Numbered from the stretch's first letter, positions 9,064 through 17,958 are shown. The stretch is 64,000 nucleotides of DNA from Candidatus Omnitrophota bacterium (GCA_041651115.1 JBAZJY010000002.1:9501-73500), one strand, 5' to 3'. A program made the numbers and translations. The notes: generated by a model from the letters alone, not told the origin.

Positions 9064-10164
9064 TTATTGCCTGCTGTTTCTTTTTTCTGCTGTTTGCCTT
9101 AAGGCCTCAGTCATGGAGCAGTTGTGCTCCTGCTTATAGGCCCTGGCGCGCTCTAAGTGCGTCTTTTGCTTCTTTGCCGGATCCTCATCATTATCCGGCC
9201 CGACTCCCGGAGCTGAAGTTTTCTGCAGTCCCTCCAGCTGCTTGTCCTGAAACTTAATCACTGCCTGATCAAAAGATGCGCCGGTCTCTATTGATTCAAC
9301 TGCCAGATCCGTCATATCTTTGAAGGCTTTGGATTTCTTCAGGATCGATACAGCGCGCTCCCTTTCTTTCTTCGTCCCCTCTTCAACCCCAAGCGCGTGA
9401 ACAGAGTTGTAAAGGTCGCTTCTTTCTGCTTTCAGTTTCTCAAGCGTCAGATCTTCAAACATTTGCCTGCCCTCCTCTTTAATTTTGTTTTTGTTAAAAC
9501 TGTATCGCTCTAAAAAAGCGATTACCTTATCAACCGCCTCCGGATGATTCAAGAATCTATCTAAAAAAGCCGTCATTTCAGCCGACGGCTTAACGCTTTC
9601 CGAAAAGAACGTTTCTCCGAAAAGCCCGTTGTTTGCTGCAGGATCATCCACAATATCCACTGACTGCAGCTTCTTGACGCGTATTAGAGGCGGTAAAACA
9701 TTACCCTTCTCATCCTTGGTTAGTGAGCCGTCTTTCTCCTGTCTGTATTCCTCATCCCAGTGAATGACCATGGACGAGCCGAATGCAGCCGGGTCGCTCT
9801 GAGCTAAATCCATGACGTAACTAGCCAAGTCGCCGTCCGGGGTCTGATGAGCAGTAGGGTCAATGTGCAGGTCTGCCCTGACTATATCGCCGTCGCGCCT
9901 GAAATTTCTCACCCTTCCTAAAAATGTCCCCAAAGCAGTTGAGCTCATATTGGGATGGCCAAACCTTGACTTAATCCCCATCTTTGCCTGATTGCCTAAT
10001 TCAATAATTTTTCCTAATGCCGGATCATCAAATTCCCCCCTTTCGTCATGCGTGACACCTTTAGTGACCACTGCAAAACCTTCGATAACTTCGTTAGCCC
10101 GGCTTACCCGCACACCCCCGGCCCTCACTACATCCGTGCGAAAAAGAATGTCCTTATTTGCCAT
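9064..10164 (-). CDS. Prohead protease (HK97-type, peptidase S78) fused to a C-terminal scaffold-like coiled-coil
   Basis: N-terminal IEGFAVV..D..GEFDD motif resembles the S78 IEGYAS..D..GD motif. The C-terminal half is K/E-rich and helical. Confidence 0.55.
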   Translation of the reverse strand: MANKDILFRTDVVRAGGVRVSRANEVIEGFAVVTKGVTHDERGEFDDPALGKIIELGNQAKMGIKSRFGHPNMSSTALGTFLGRVRNFRRDGDIVRADLHIDPTAHQTPDGDLASYVMDLAQSDPAAFGSSMVIHWDEEYRQEKDGSLTKDEKGNVLPPLIRVKKLQSVDIVDDPAANNGLFGETFFSESVKPSAEMTAFLDRFLNHPEAVDKVIAFLERYSFNKNKIKEEGRQMFEDLTLEKLKAERSDLYNSVHALGVEEGTKKERERAVSILKKSKAFKDMTDLAVESIETGASFDQAVIKFQDKQLEGLQKTSAPGVGPDNDEDPAKKQKTHLERARAYKQEHNCSMTEALRQTAEKRNSRQ

Positions 10165-10193
10165 CTTTCACCTCTTCCACAGCAATATCTGCC

Positions 10194-11801
10194 TCAACCG
10201 GCATTGACATCTGCTGTTTTACCTGCAGCTTGATCCTCCGGCGTTTCGTCGCCAGCTGCTTCTTGTCCTTGCTTTGCACTTGCTCCATAGTTCACCTCAA
10301 GCCCTAATTCTTTTAGTTTTGCTTTCTCGCGCTTGGCCTGCTCAAATTCTTCTTCCCAGTCTTTGCCCTTGTCGGCAAATATATCCGCATAAGTTAAAGT
10401 GCCGGTTCGTAAGCCTATTTCAACTGCCTGCGCCTCTTTAAGCGGATCCACCCACTCCCAGCCGGGAGCAAGCCAGGAAGCAGTTGTCCAGTAGCGCTTG
10501 GCTTCTAAGAATGTCTCTGCTTTCAGCTCGCGCTTTAAATAAGCCTCTTCTAAAAGCATCTCCCAGACCGGCTGGCAGAGTTTATTTGAAAGCCACTCCT
10601 GGCGCATCTTAAAATACCGCCGCGCCTCTAAAAGCGCTGCCCGGGCGCTGGAATAATTCGTCTTGGAAAAATCCTTAGCCACCAGCTCATACGGCAGGCC
10701 TAATGCCGCGGATATGGCCTTTAAAATCCGCTCCACAAACGGCTCAAAAGTCGCTCCCGGCCTTTGCGGATTAAAAGTAGTTATGTCTTCCCCAGGCAGA
10801 AGATGCTTAATCATTCCCGGCTCTAAACTCTCAATCAGCTGCCCCGCAGGATTGCGCTCATATCCGCCGTTTGCTGAAACATCCATTGAGGCCTCGCTAG
10901 TTATAAAGAGCGCGAAGCAGGCGGCAATGCGCGCTGCCACCAGCTCTGCCTCGGCGTATTCGGAAAGGTCCTTAAAGTAATTTAGGACCGGAGCAAAGAA
11001 CGGCACTCCCCTTGTCTGGCCTGAACGCTGCACAAAGTAAAGATGGAATATCCCCGGCCAGCCGTAGCCGTTAACTGCCGGGATTTCTATAAATTTCTTT
11101 TCTTTTGTTTCTGCGTAACGCACATCACCCGGATGCGTCTTTTGGATAAAGTAGGCAACCGGCTCGCCGTTTTCTCCAATCTTGACGCCGGATCTTATTG
11201 ATTTATCGCCTCTCTTATCAGGAGGCGTATCCAGCCGGTCAGACTCTACTACTTGAAGACACAGACCGTAAGGCAGCCTTTCTTTAATCATTCTCGGAAT
11301 GATGACTGCTTCGCCGTTTTCTAAAATCTGCCTGTCAATGAGCTGCTGAATTTCATAAAAGTCCATGCGGTTGCCTATGTCTGCAGAAGGCAGCCACTGC
11401 TTCCATGCCCGCTCTGCGTCTTTTTGAAAAGTATTTGCCTGCTCTTCAGTGATCCCCAAGATATCGCGGTCAATCCTTGACTGCGGACGGATGCCTGCGC
11501 CGACCACATTGCAGGTCATGGTGCCGGTAATGCCTGAGGCATGCGCGTCGTTGCGGTTTAAATCCCGGCTGCGCTCGCGGATGTCTTTTAATTCCGGCAG
11601 GATGTTTTCATCTGCAGAGCCTCCTCCAGGAAGCCAGGATGAACGCAGTCTATCGCGCGATGCGCCTTTATACGCAGTAAAACTCTGCGAAATTTTTATC
11701 GCCTGGCGGTAGATCCTACGTCTGAAGCCTCTTCTTGGAGAAAAAAACGAAATAATGTGGTCTAAGCCATCAGCTAATTTTTCAGCTAAATTATTCTTCA
11801 T
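10194..11801 (-). CDS. Portal protein (lambda gpB family)
   Basis: 535 aa directly after the gpW-like gene. Conserved lambda-type portal character. Confidence 0.7.
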   Translation of the reverse strand: MKNNLAEKLADGLDHIISFFSPRRGFRRRIYRQAIKISQSFTAYKGASRDRLRSSWLPGGGSADENILPELKDIRERSRDLNRNDAHASGITGTMTCNVVGAGIRPQSRIDRDILGITEEQANTFQKDAERAWKQWLPSADIGNRMDFYEIQQLIDRQILENGEAVIIPRMIKERLPYGLCLQVVESDRLDTPPDKRGDKSIRSGVKIGENGEPVAYFIQKTHPGDVRYAETKEKKFIEIPAVNGYGWPGIFHLYFVQRSGQTRGVPFFAPVLNYFKDLSEYAEAELVAARIAACFALFITSEASMDVSANGGYERNPAGQLIESLEPGMIKHLLPGEDITTFNPQRPGATFEPFVERILKAISAALGLPYELVAKDFSKTNYSSARAALLEARRYFKMRQEWLSNKLCQPVWEMLLEEAYLKRELKAETFLEAKRYWTTASWLAPGWEWVDPLKEAQAVEIGLRTGTLTYADIFADKGKDWEEEFEQAKREKAKLKELGLEVNYGASAKQGQEAAGDETPEDQAAGKTADVNAG

Positions 11802-12007
11802 GACGGATTCCCGAATTTAGCAAACGTCGTTCTGTCAGTGTGCGGCGACAATTCTTTCCTAAGCTGCTCGCGCATTTGTTTAAGCTCAGTGATATCGCGG
11901 TAAGTCACAGTCCTATTGCCTATGGTGTATGACTTCACGCCTGAACATAATCCGTTAATAGCAGTCTCGATAGTATCAAGCATCTCCTGTTTTGTAGGCG
12001 CGCTCAT
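11798..12007 (-). CDS. Head-tail joining protein, lambda gpW-like
   Basis: 69 aa between the terminase large subunit and portal genes, as in lambda. Confidence 0.4.
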   Translation of the reverse strand: MSAPTKQEMLDTIETAINGLCSGVKSYTIGNRTVTYRDITELKQMREQLRKELSPHTDRTTFAKFGNPS

Positions 12008-12035
12008 AAAATCCCCTTTCGGCTTCCCAATAAAA

Positions 12036-12076
12036 AACCCGATTCCAACCGATGCATCGGAATCGGGTTTTTGCTG
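12036..12076. terminator. Strong bidirectional stem-loop with flanking A-run and T-run
   Basis: The segment aaaaacccgattcc..ggaatcgggttttt is a near-perfect palindrome in an AT-rich 190-bp gap between the Ogr-like gene and gpW. Confidence 0.45.
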
Positions 12077-12198
12077 CTATTGGGCGCAGGATGCAGTGAT
12101 CAGCTGCTTCTGCTTTTATTTTCTAACCCAATATTATAAAAAAATTAAATTTTTGGCAATAGGGTCGTTATGCTGTTATAGTAATAATTATTTTTCAC

Positions 12199-12447
12199 TC
12201 ACTCCTCTTCAATAGACTTAAAATTATGCCCGCACATTTTGCAGCGGTGGTAGCGCACCGGCGGATTGCTTACATACCAGCGGATCTTCTTTGACCCGCA
12301 CCTGGGGCAGCGAAGCGGAATGAACTTAACCGCATAGTCGCTTCCTGTGTTCTCGGGCCGGCCTGCTCCTTTTTTGTTAAGCGCAATGTTTTCTGAATTG
12401 TATTCATTGTTCAGCCAGTTTGGTCTTCTCTCCAGCCATCTTCCCAT
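12199..12447 (-). CDS. Ogr/Delta-like zinc finger protein (phage late transcription activator family)
   Basis: CPRCGSKK..(19)..RYHRCKMCGHNF matches the Ogr/Delta signature CPxCGs..RYHQCxNxxCGHTF. Confidence 0.5.
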   Translation of the reverse strand: MGRWLERRPNWLNNEYNSENIALNKKGAGRPENTGSDYAVKFIPLRCPRCGSKKIRWYVSNPPVRYHRCKMCGHNFKSIEEE

Positions 12448-14315
12448 TACAGCCAGGGCCTTTCCCTTTTCTGCAGCCAGCCTGCTCTTGAATGCAGAAA
12501 AGGTTCGGCCTTAGGCTGATAAACTTTTGCAGTGGTTTCGTCTTTGCGCATATTTAAGGCGCGGATGATATCGGCTGCTGCCAAGGCATAAACCTCGGCA
12601 TCCAGGAAATGATTCGCAGCAGCCTCTTTTTTCTTCTCCCAGACTTCTTTTGCTTTTCCTGTGGTGCGGTTACGGTGCAGGACTTTATGCTCTGAGGCAA
12701 ATTGATTCAAATAGTCATCGCTGGGATTTCTAAAAATATGCCATTTGACCGGATCCTTGGAATGAACCAGCCGGTTGAGCTTATCCTTATACTGGTTGAC
12801 ATTTAAATGCCAAAGAACCAGGCCTTGCGGTATGACTGCGCCGGTGCGGGAATTAATGTCAATTTTATTTGCCCGGTAAAATCTACCTCCGCTGATGTCT
12901 TCAACACCCTTAATTGCCTTTGTCTTATCAGACCAGCGCCTGCAAAATTGGTATACTTCATCAGTCTTAAACCCTGAGTCTATGCAGGACATATAAACCG
13001 GCAGGGTCTCTGCCGAGGTTAAACGCTTATATTCTGTTTTGAATAAAGCCTCAATTATATCTTCCCAATATTCAACTTCTGCTGCGCGGATAAGCCAAGA
13101 CTCCTCATAATAACCCCAGCCTCTTATTACAAAATTAAAGTGATCCTTATGTGCGTCTACACCGGCAGTCAGGACCAGCACTTCATCCGGCACAAGCCCC
13201 TCGTCATAATCCCGGGCAAGATTCCTCACCTTATCAACTGTAGTCTCCTCAATTTTTTCCTCCCAGACCTGCGCCAGCCAGGAATTAATGAAGTTCATTA
13301 AAAGCTCAATATAATCCTTTGACTTTAAAAACTCTGCTGCAATGTCGCTCCAGGTGAGCCAGGGCGAATATAATGAGCTGATACAAAAACCCCTGTTCTT
13401 ATTCGGCTCTTTTCTGTCAGGCACCCACTCTCCGCTAAGCATCATCTTAGGTTTTTGGGAATCCTCAATGTGCTCTTTGCAGTAGAAACACTCATACCAG
13501 GCAAGCCGGTCGTTCTTGATTTTTTCAGGAGATGATTCTCCTGCAGGCCACTTGATCTGGCCGAACACTAAAATCTGCATTTTCCCGCAGTGCGGGCAGG
13601 GTACAAAAAATCTTCTTTGGTCTGACTTCTCGTATTCGCGGGAAATATAGCCTTCCCTGGTAGTCGGCGTTGAAACCTTCACCGTCTTTTTATTCCAAAA
13701 AGTCTTCTGGCGCTCGGATGCAAGTTTTATCGGGTCTGCCTCCCGGCCTGAGAACTTCGGGTATTTATCTACTTCATCCATGAATAAATACCTGATAGGC
13801 CTTGAGGCAAGGTCAGCCGGAGAGTTTGATCCGGAAAAATAAAGAATCATCCGGTCAAAGTGATATTCCAGTTTGGTGATTTCATCTGAGTCTTGGGGGA
13901 TATATTTGCTTAAAGCAGGAGAGCTTTCAATCATCGGCTTTATGCGGTTTGAGGATACGCTCTTGGCATCATCTGCTCTGGGCAGGACCACAAGTGTAGG
14001 CCCCGGATCCTGGTCAATGATATAACCCAGCATATTAAGAATTGCCTCGGTTTTGCCCACTTGTGAAGCAGACATGACCGTTATTTCATCAACCAGCGGA
14101 TCCGTAAAAGCATCCATAATCCCCCTAAGATACGGTGTTCTGTTTGTAGACCACTGCCCGGGCTCAGCTGAAGTTTTAGGATCCAGGCGTCTAAATCTGT
14201 CTGCCCAGGTGCTCACAGTTATCTTATCCGGCAAAGCCCACTCCGTGGCTGCATAGGGCTTAATGCTCTTTAGATTTTCCTTTGTCAATCTTATCGGCAT
14301 TGTATACTCCGGCAA
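12447..14315 (-). CDS. Terminase large subunit (GpA-type)
   Basis: 622 aa. Walker A-like ITVMSASQVGKTE. Position upstream of gpW and portal. Confidence 0.8.
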   Translation of the reverse strand: MPEYTMPIRLTKENLKSIKPYAATEWALPDKITVSTWADRFRRLDPKTSAEPGQWSTNRTPYLRGIMDAFTDPLVDEITVMSASQVGKTEAILNMLGYIIDQDPGPTLVVLPRADDAKSVSSNRIKPMIESSPALSKYIPQDSDEITKLEYHFDRMILYFSGSNSPADLASRPIRYLFMDEVDKYPKFSGREADPIKLASERQKTFWNKKTVKVSTPTTREGYISREYEKSDQRRFFVPCPHCGKMQILVFGQIKWPAGESSPEKIKNDRLAWYECFYCKEHIEDSQKPKMMLSGEWVPDRKEPNKNRGFCISSLYSPWLTWSDIAAEFLKSKDYIELLMNFINSWLAQVWEEKIEETTVDKVRNLARDYDEGLVPDEVLVLTAGVDAHKDHFNFVIRGWGYYEESWLIRAAEVEYWEDIIEALFKTEYKRLTSAETLPVYMSCIDSGFKTDEVYQFCRRWSDKTKAIKGVEDISGGRFYRANKIDINSRTGAVIPQGLVLWHLNVNQYKDKLNRLVHSKDPVKWHIFRNPSDDYLNQFASEHKVLHRNRTTGKAKEVWEKKKEAAANHFLDAEVYALAAADIIRALNMRKDETTAKVYQPKAEPFLHSRAGWLQKRERPWL

Positions 14316-14874
14316 ATTGATTGATGATAGACCTGATTTCGTTATCTAAAATCTCGCAGATAACCTTGGGCTCCTGCTGGTAAAGCTTAGGCGCAATGTA
14401 GCGCGGAAGCCTTAAAAACCCCATCTTAATCCCTCGCACCTGCTCCCTGACAACTTCCACATGCTCGCGGTAAGGAATGACTTCACTGGTGGCTTTCTTG
14501 ACTTCCAGTCTTAAGAGCTCTGCCTTATACTGGCTGATTTTCTCATCCCAGTAGGCCCGGCCGTCCTGCTCTTTAAAGCGCTGACTTCTTTGAATGTGCC
14601 AGCTCTTAACTTCCTCAAGATCATAAAAACCTTCCCTGGTTGAGGGCATGCCGTCTATTTTCCAGCGCTGCACAGTCCGGTAAGTAACACCCATGACCTT
14701 GGCCACCTCTTCAATAGTCTTGACAATGGTAACCGGTAAAGGCTCTGCCTCAAACTGCTCAAGCTCGCTAATCTCCTGCTTGGTTAAAGCCTTGCCTGCC
14801 TGGATCTTCTCAATCAGATGCAGGTGGCGCTTCTTACGGGCAAGCTCGGCTAAATTCTGATTGGCTTCGGTCAT
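14260..14874 (-). CDS. Terminase small subunit (HTH-containing)
   Basis: 204 aa immediately upstream of and overlapping the terminase large subunit. HTH segment VAKVMGVTYRTVQRWK. Confidence 0.5.
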   Translation of the reverse strand: MTEANQNLAELARKKRHLHLIEKIQAGKALTKQEISELEQFEAEPLPVTIVKTIEEVAKVMGVTYRTVQRWKIDGMPSTREGFYDLEEVKSWHIQRSQRFKEQDGRAYWDEKISQYKAELLRLEVKKATSEVIPYREHVEVVREQVRGIKMGFLRLPRYIAPKLYQQEPKVICEILDNEIRSIINQFAGVYNADKIDKGKSKEH

Positions 14875-16211
14875 TTGAGTTCGCTCCAGGTTTTTCCGTC
14901 GCTTTCCCGGACCGCTTCCTTACCGCTAAAATCTATCCATCTTTGAACTGCCACATCGCAGAACACCGGCTCAATCTCCATAGCAAAGCATCTGCGGTTT
15001 AATCTTTCAGCTGCAATAATCTGCGAGCCGGATCCACTAAATGGTTCATAGCAGATATCACCTACTGAAGTATGCACGCGCATAGGGATAGCAAAAACTT
15101 CAGTAGGCTTGACTGTGGGATGATAAAGCCCGGTGTTTCTTTTCTTGCCTTCCCAGTCCAGCTCCCAGACATCTGAATGGTATTCAGGATTTGACGGGTC
15201 TCCTGTCCTTAAGAAATCAATTGTCCAGACCGTGCCTATTGCTTTATCAAGAGGCCTGTAATCCGGCTTATGGCCTTTCTGCCAGCAGAGTAAACACGGC
15301 TCATGTCTCCAGGGATAATAGGCAAAAGACAGAACTGCGCAGGGCTTAACCCAGATCACCTGCTGATGCACCAGGATATTTAATTCATCACAGATCTTCC
15401 TAATTAGAACTATCCTTGCCGAAGCGTGCCAAAGATAAACCGGCGTGTTGGCTTCAATAACTTTTAAGCCGCGGGTCAGAAAATCCCTTAAGAAACTTTC
15501 CGCATCCTCAATGTCAATCTCATGATAAACGCCGGACCAGTCTTTGCCTCCTTGGCCGTGGTCTCCTTTAGGCCTGCCTGTGCCGGTATAGTCAACCAGA
15601 TACGGCGGATCAGTAGCAAAGAGCTTGGCGGTCTTGCCGTCCATTAACTTTAAGACATCTTCTTCCTTGGTTGAATCTCCACACAAAAGCCGGTGTTCCC
15701 CTAAAACCCAAAGGTCGTTTTTTTTGGTAATTGCCTCAGGGGGAGGCTCCGGCAGATCGTCAGGCAGAGTTTTGCCTGCACCTAAGCTTTCCATCTCAAG
15801 CTTAGAAACCTCTTCCCGAAGCTCCTTAAGCCTTAAAGACAAATAATCCTCCGGCATCTCCTTGCGCAGTTTTTCTAAGATTGGGATTAAAGCAGCTGTC
15901 CAGGCGCCGACAATCTGCTGGGAGTTTAAGGTGACATTCATAGCCATTTCCGAAGCTTCATCCAAGTCAACCATGATAGCAGTGACAGTTTTTGCGCCGT
16001 CAACCTGCAGGACCTTGTAGCGCTGGTGGCCTGAGATGATATGCATCGTACGCTTATTGACTACAAGCAAGTCCACCAGACCGAACTTCTCAAGAGAGTG
16101 CCTTAAGCCCATCAGCGCCTGCTCGGAAATCTCTCTTGGGTTATACGGTGCAGGCTTTATATCGGACATGGCAATGTCGCGGATGTCCGGTTTTACATTA
16201 ATCTTCGGCAT
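14871..16211 (-). CDS. ParB-like nuclease domain fused to DNA methyltransferase (N6-adenine/N4-cytosine type, DPPY motif IV then FSGSGS motif I)
   Basis: N-terminal ParB/Srx-like region. DPPY and FSGSGS motifs in beta-class order. Adjacent to the terminase genes, as in many phages. Confidence 0.75.
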   Translation of the reverse strand: MPKINVKPDIRDIAMSDIKPAPYNPREISEQALMGLRHSLEKFGLVDLLVVNKRTMHIISGHQRYKVLQVDGAKTVTAIMVDLDEASEMAMNVTLNSQQIVGAWTAALIPILEKLRKEMPEDYLSLRLKELREEVSKLEMESLGAGKTLPDDLPEPPPEAITKKNDLWVLGEHRLLCGDSTKEEDVLKLMDGKTAKLFATDPPYLVDYTGTGRPKGDHGQGGKDWSGVYHEIDIEDAESFLRDFLTRGLKVIEANTPVYLWHASARIVLIRKICDELNILVHQQVIWVKPCAVLSFAYYPWRHEPCLLCWQKGHKPDYRPLDKAIGTVWTIDFLRTGDPSNPEYHSDVWELDWEGKKRNTGLYHPTVKPTEVFAIPMRVHTSVGDICYEPFSGSGSQIIAAERLNRRCFAMEIEPVFCDVAVQRWIDFSGKEAVRESDGKTWSELK

Positions 16212-16500
16212 GCAAAAACTCCTTTCGTTTTTTATTATAACTTAATAATCCATAATGAGTTAAATCACCTTAAGGATGCTTAACTTTCTCTGCCAAAACA
16301 CCCTAAAAATGCCCTAAAATGACCACGACATACCTTTTTGAAATTTGTATCACTCACTGCCCGCGCCTCGCCCGACCCGCGCCCCTCGCCCCCGCTGGAA
16401 GGACCCATGACTTTCTTTTAAGAACTAATCAGAGTTATTCACAAAATTCACAACCTCTACTACTATCTTTTGTTAGTTATCTCTTGTTTAATATCTATTG

Positions 16501-16920
16501 TTAGGGTGACACGGGCGTCACTACTGCCGGTGACACAGGTGTCACTACTCCGGTGACAGCCTTGTCACTGGTGACATCAGTGTCACTACTTGCCTGTGGA
16601 TAACTTTTCGGCCCGAGCATATTAAGCAGCTTATAGATATTCGGCTTACCCTTTTTCCTCTCAATTGAGACAGCCCTCAACTGCTCCAATTGCTTAATAG
16701 CGCGCATTATCGTACGTCGAGACACTCCGCAATGATACGCAAGTGTAGTAACAGACGGAAAGCAGTCCTGCGCCTTGAAATTAGCGTAATAACAAAGCCA
16801 TGAATAAACAGCAACGCCCATCGTACCAGCGCTTTCGCTGATATATCTTAATGCTGTCTTATCTATCCAAAGGAATTTGCCATCACGCAGATCCCTAATG
16901 TCAATCTTTTCATTGCCCAT
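16501..16920 (-). CDS. HTH DNA-binding protein (replication-initiator or repressor-like) with C-terminal VTPVSP peptide repeats
   Basis: HTH segment LAYHCGVSRRTIMRAIKQL. The C-terminal 30 codons are encoded by the palindromic site array. Confidence 0.45.
   Translation of the reverse strand: MGNEKIDIRDLRDGKFLWIDKTALRYISESAGTMGVAVYSWLCYYANFKAQDCFPSVTTLAYHCGVSRRTIMRAIKQLEQLRAVSIERKKGKPNIYKLLNMLGPKSYPQASSDTDVTSDKAVTGVVTPVSPAVVTPVSP
16505..16586. repeat. Array of four palindromic sites GTGAC-N6-GTCAC (iteron/operator-like) at 24, 23 and 18 bp spacing
   Basis: Sites at 16505-16521, 16529-16545, 16552-16568 and 16570-16586. Three are followed by TACT. They lie inside the 3' end of the HTH gene. 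Confidence 0.7.
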
Positions 16921-16935
16921 GGAAAAACCTGCTTA

Positions 16936-17052
16936 TTACTTTTTGGGCTTTCTTTTCTTTTTCCCGCAAGGACGGTTTGCTTCGATAAGCTTCTGCCGGT
17001 TATACCAGCTAAGCCCTTTGTAAACTTTCTTTAAGCCTTTTGTAACCTTCAT
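16936..17052 (-). CDS. Small basic protein (38 aa), translationally coupled (ATGA overlap) to the upstream ORF
   Basis: Hand translation: MKVTKGLKKVYKGLSWYNRQKLIEANRPCGKKKRKPKK. Below the ORF-track size cut-off. Confidence 0.25.
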   Translation of the reverse strand: MKVTKGLKKVYKGLSWYNRQKLIEANRPCGKKKRKPKK

Positions 17053-17324
17053 AGCTCTTCGCTCCTTTTTATCCTTTCCACAGTGAATTTATCCTCGCCG
17101 AGTTTGCGGGTCATTATCCCGATAAATATTTGGGCGATGTATTCGCCGACTTCGCTCGAGGCGTCAATGACCACTTTGTCGTGTGTAGCCAGATATGCTG
17201 CATGAAGCCTTACCTTGGCCTGGCCAAAGGCGTATTCAGCAGTCTCAATAGCGCGGGCAATCTCTTTCTCAATGATTTTCCTGCCCACTTTTTCGCGGAA
17301 TTTGAACTTGCATACATCAGTCAT
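17049..17324 (-). CDS. Hypothetical phage protein (91 aa from MTDVCKFKF..)
   Basis: The track ORF starts at 17375, but a GGAGG Shine-Dalgarno precedes Met18 at 17324. The conserved 33-bp promoter motif lies just upstream. Confidence 0.35.
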   Translation of the reverse strand: MTDVCKFKFREKVGRKIIEKEIARAIETAEYAFGQAKVRLHAAYLATHDKVVIDASSEVGEYIAQIFIGIMTRKLGEDKFTVERIKRSEEL

Positions 17325-17343
17325 CTTTCCTGCCTCCACTGTA

Positions 17344-17375
17344 TGTATATCGGTTTTTTCTGCAAAATGTCGCAT
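17344..17375 (-). promoter_or_regulatory. Copy 1 of a 33-bp phage promoter-like motif (rc: ATGCGACATTTTGCAGAAAAAACCGATATACA; -35 GCGACA, 18-nt spacer, -10 TATACA)
   Basis: Exact repeat of 18304-18335. Lies 19 nt upstream of the Shine-Dalgarno and start of the 17049-17324 ORF. Confidence 0.45.
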
Positions 17376-17385
17376 CCCTTAAAAA

Positions 17386-17958
17386 TTATTTCAAATAATC
17401 TTTGAGCCCCTCTTCCTCAAAAAGCTTCCTGATGCGAAGCACATCCCGATATACAACGCTTCTATGCTTATTGAAATATTTGCAGGCCTCATTTATGCTT
17501 AATCCCTCTTCGCCAAGCAGCCTGCACAATTTTTGCTCTTCCGGCGTAAGCTTTTGCAATACCCGGGAAATATCTATTTTTAATTCTGCCTTGGCTTGCG
17601 GAGGAATATCCTCGTCTTTTGTAAGCTTGCCTTTTAGGGTAAGCTCATTTTCATCATCATTAAGCTGTTCTTCCAAAGATGCGCTTTCGTAAATTGTCTT
17701 GCGCTTATTAGTATTTGCTTTCTCAACAAGCTTGCGAAGCGCGCTTGCGATAACCTTTGCCATATAGGTCTTTCTTGAAGCGCCGCGCGCAGGGTCATAG
17801 CGGTCGCGGACCTCAAGCCAGCGTATGAGACACTCCTGCAATAAATCATCTAACCCCTCCCGCGCCAGATATGCGTGTTCTTTTCTGTAATCATTGATGA
17901 TTTTCTTGGCAACTGCGATCTCCCAGCTCTCAAATAAGCCTCCGTAATTGGAACTCAT
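17386..17958 (-). CDS. Phage-encoded sigma-70 family (ECF-like) sigma factor
   Basis: Region 2-like segment DLLQECLIRWLEVRDRYDP..TYMAKVI. Region 4-like HTH segment LTPEEQKLCRLLGEEGLSINEACKYF..SVVYRDVLRIRKLF. Confidence 0.65.
   Translation of the reverse strand: MSSNYGGLFESWEIAVAKKIINDYRKEHAYLAREGLDDLLQECLIRWLEVRDRYDPARGASRKTYMAKVIASALRKLVEKANTNKRKTIYESASLEEQLNDDENELTLKGKLTKDEDIPPQAKAELKIDISRVLQKLTPEEQKLCRLLGEEGLSINEACKYFNKHRSVVYRDVLRIRKLFEEEGLKDYLK

Noticed and set aside
12030-12080. Palindrome considered as the phage cos site
   Set aside because: It is a simple near-perfect hairpin with A and T flanks, so terminator-like. It lies downstream, not upstream, of the terminase genes. The GC-rich block at 16361-16396 is the better cos candidate.
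16319-16504. 61-aa plus-strand ORF in the late-operon leader
   Set aside because: It lies in a regulatory intergenic region opposite to all neighbouring genes. It has no Shine-Dalgarno, and its Pro/Ala-rich sequence derives from the C/G-rich block.
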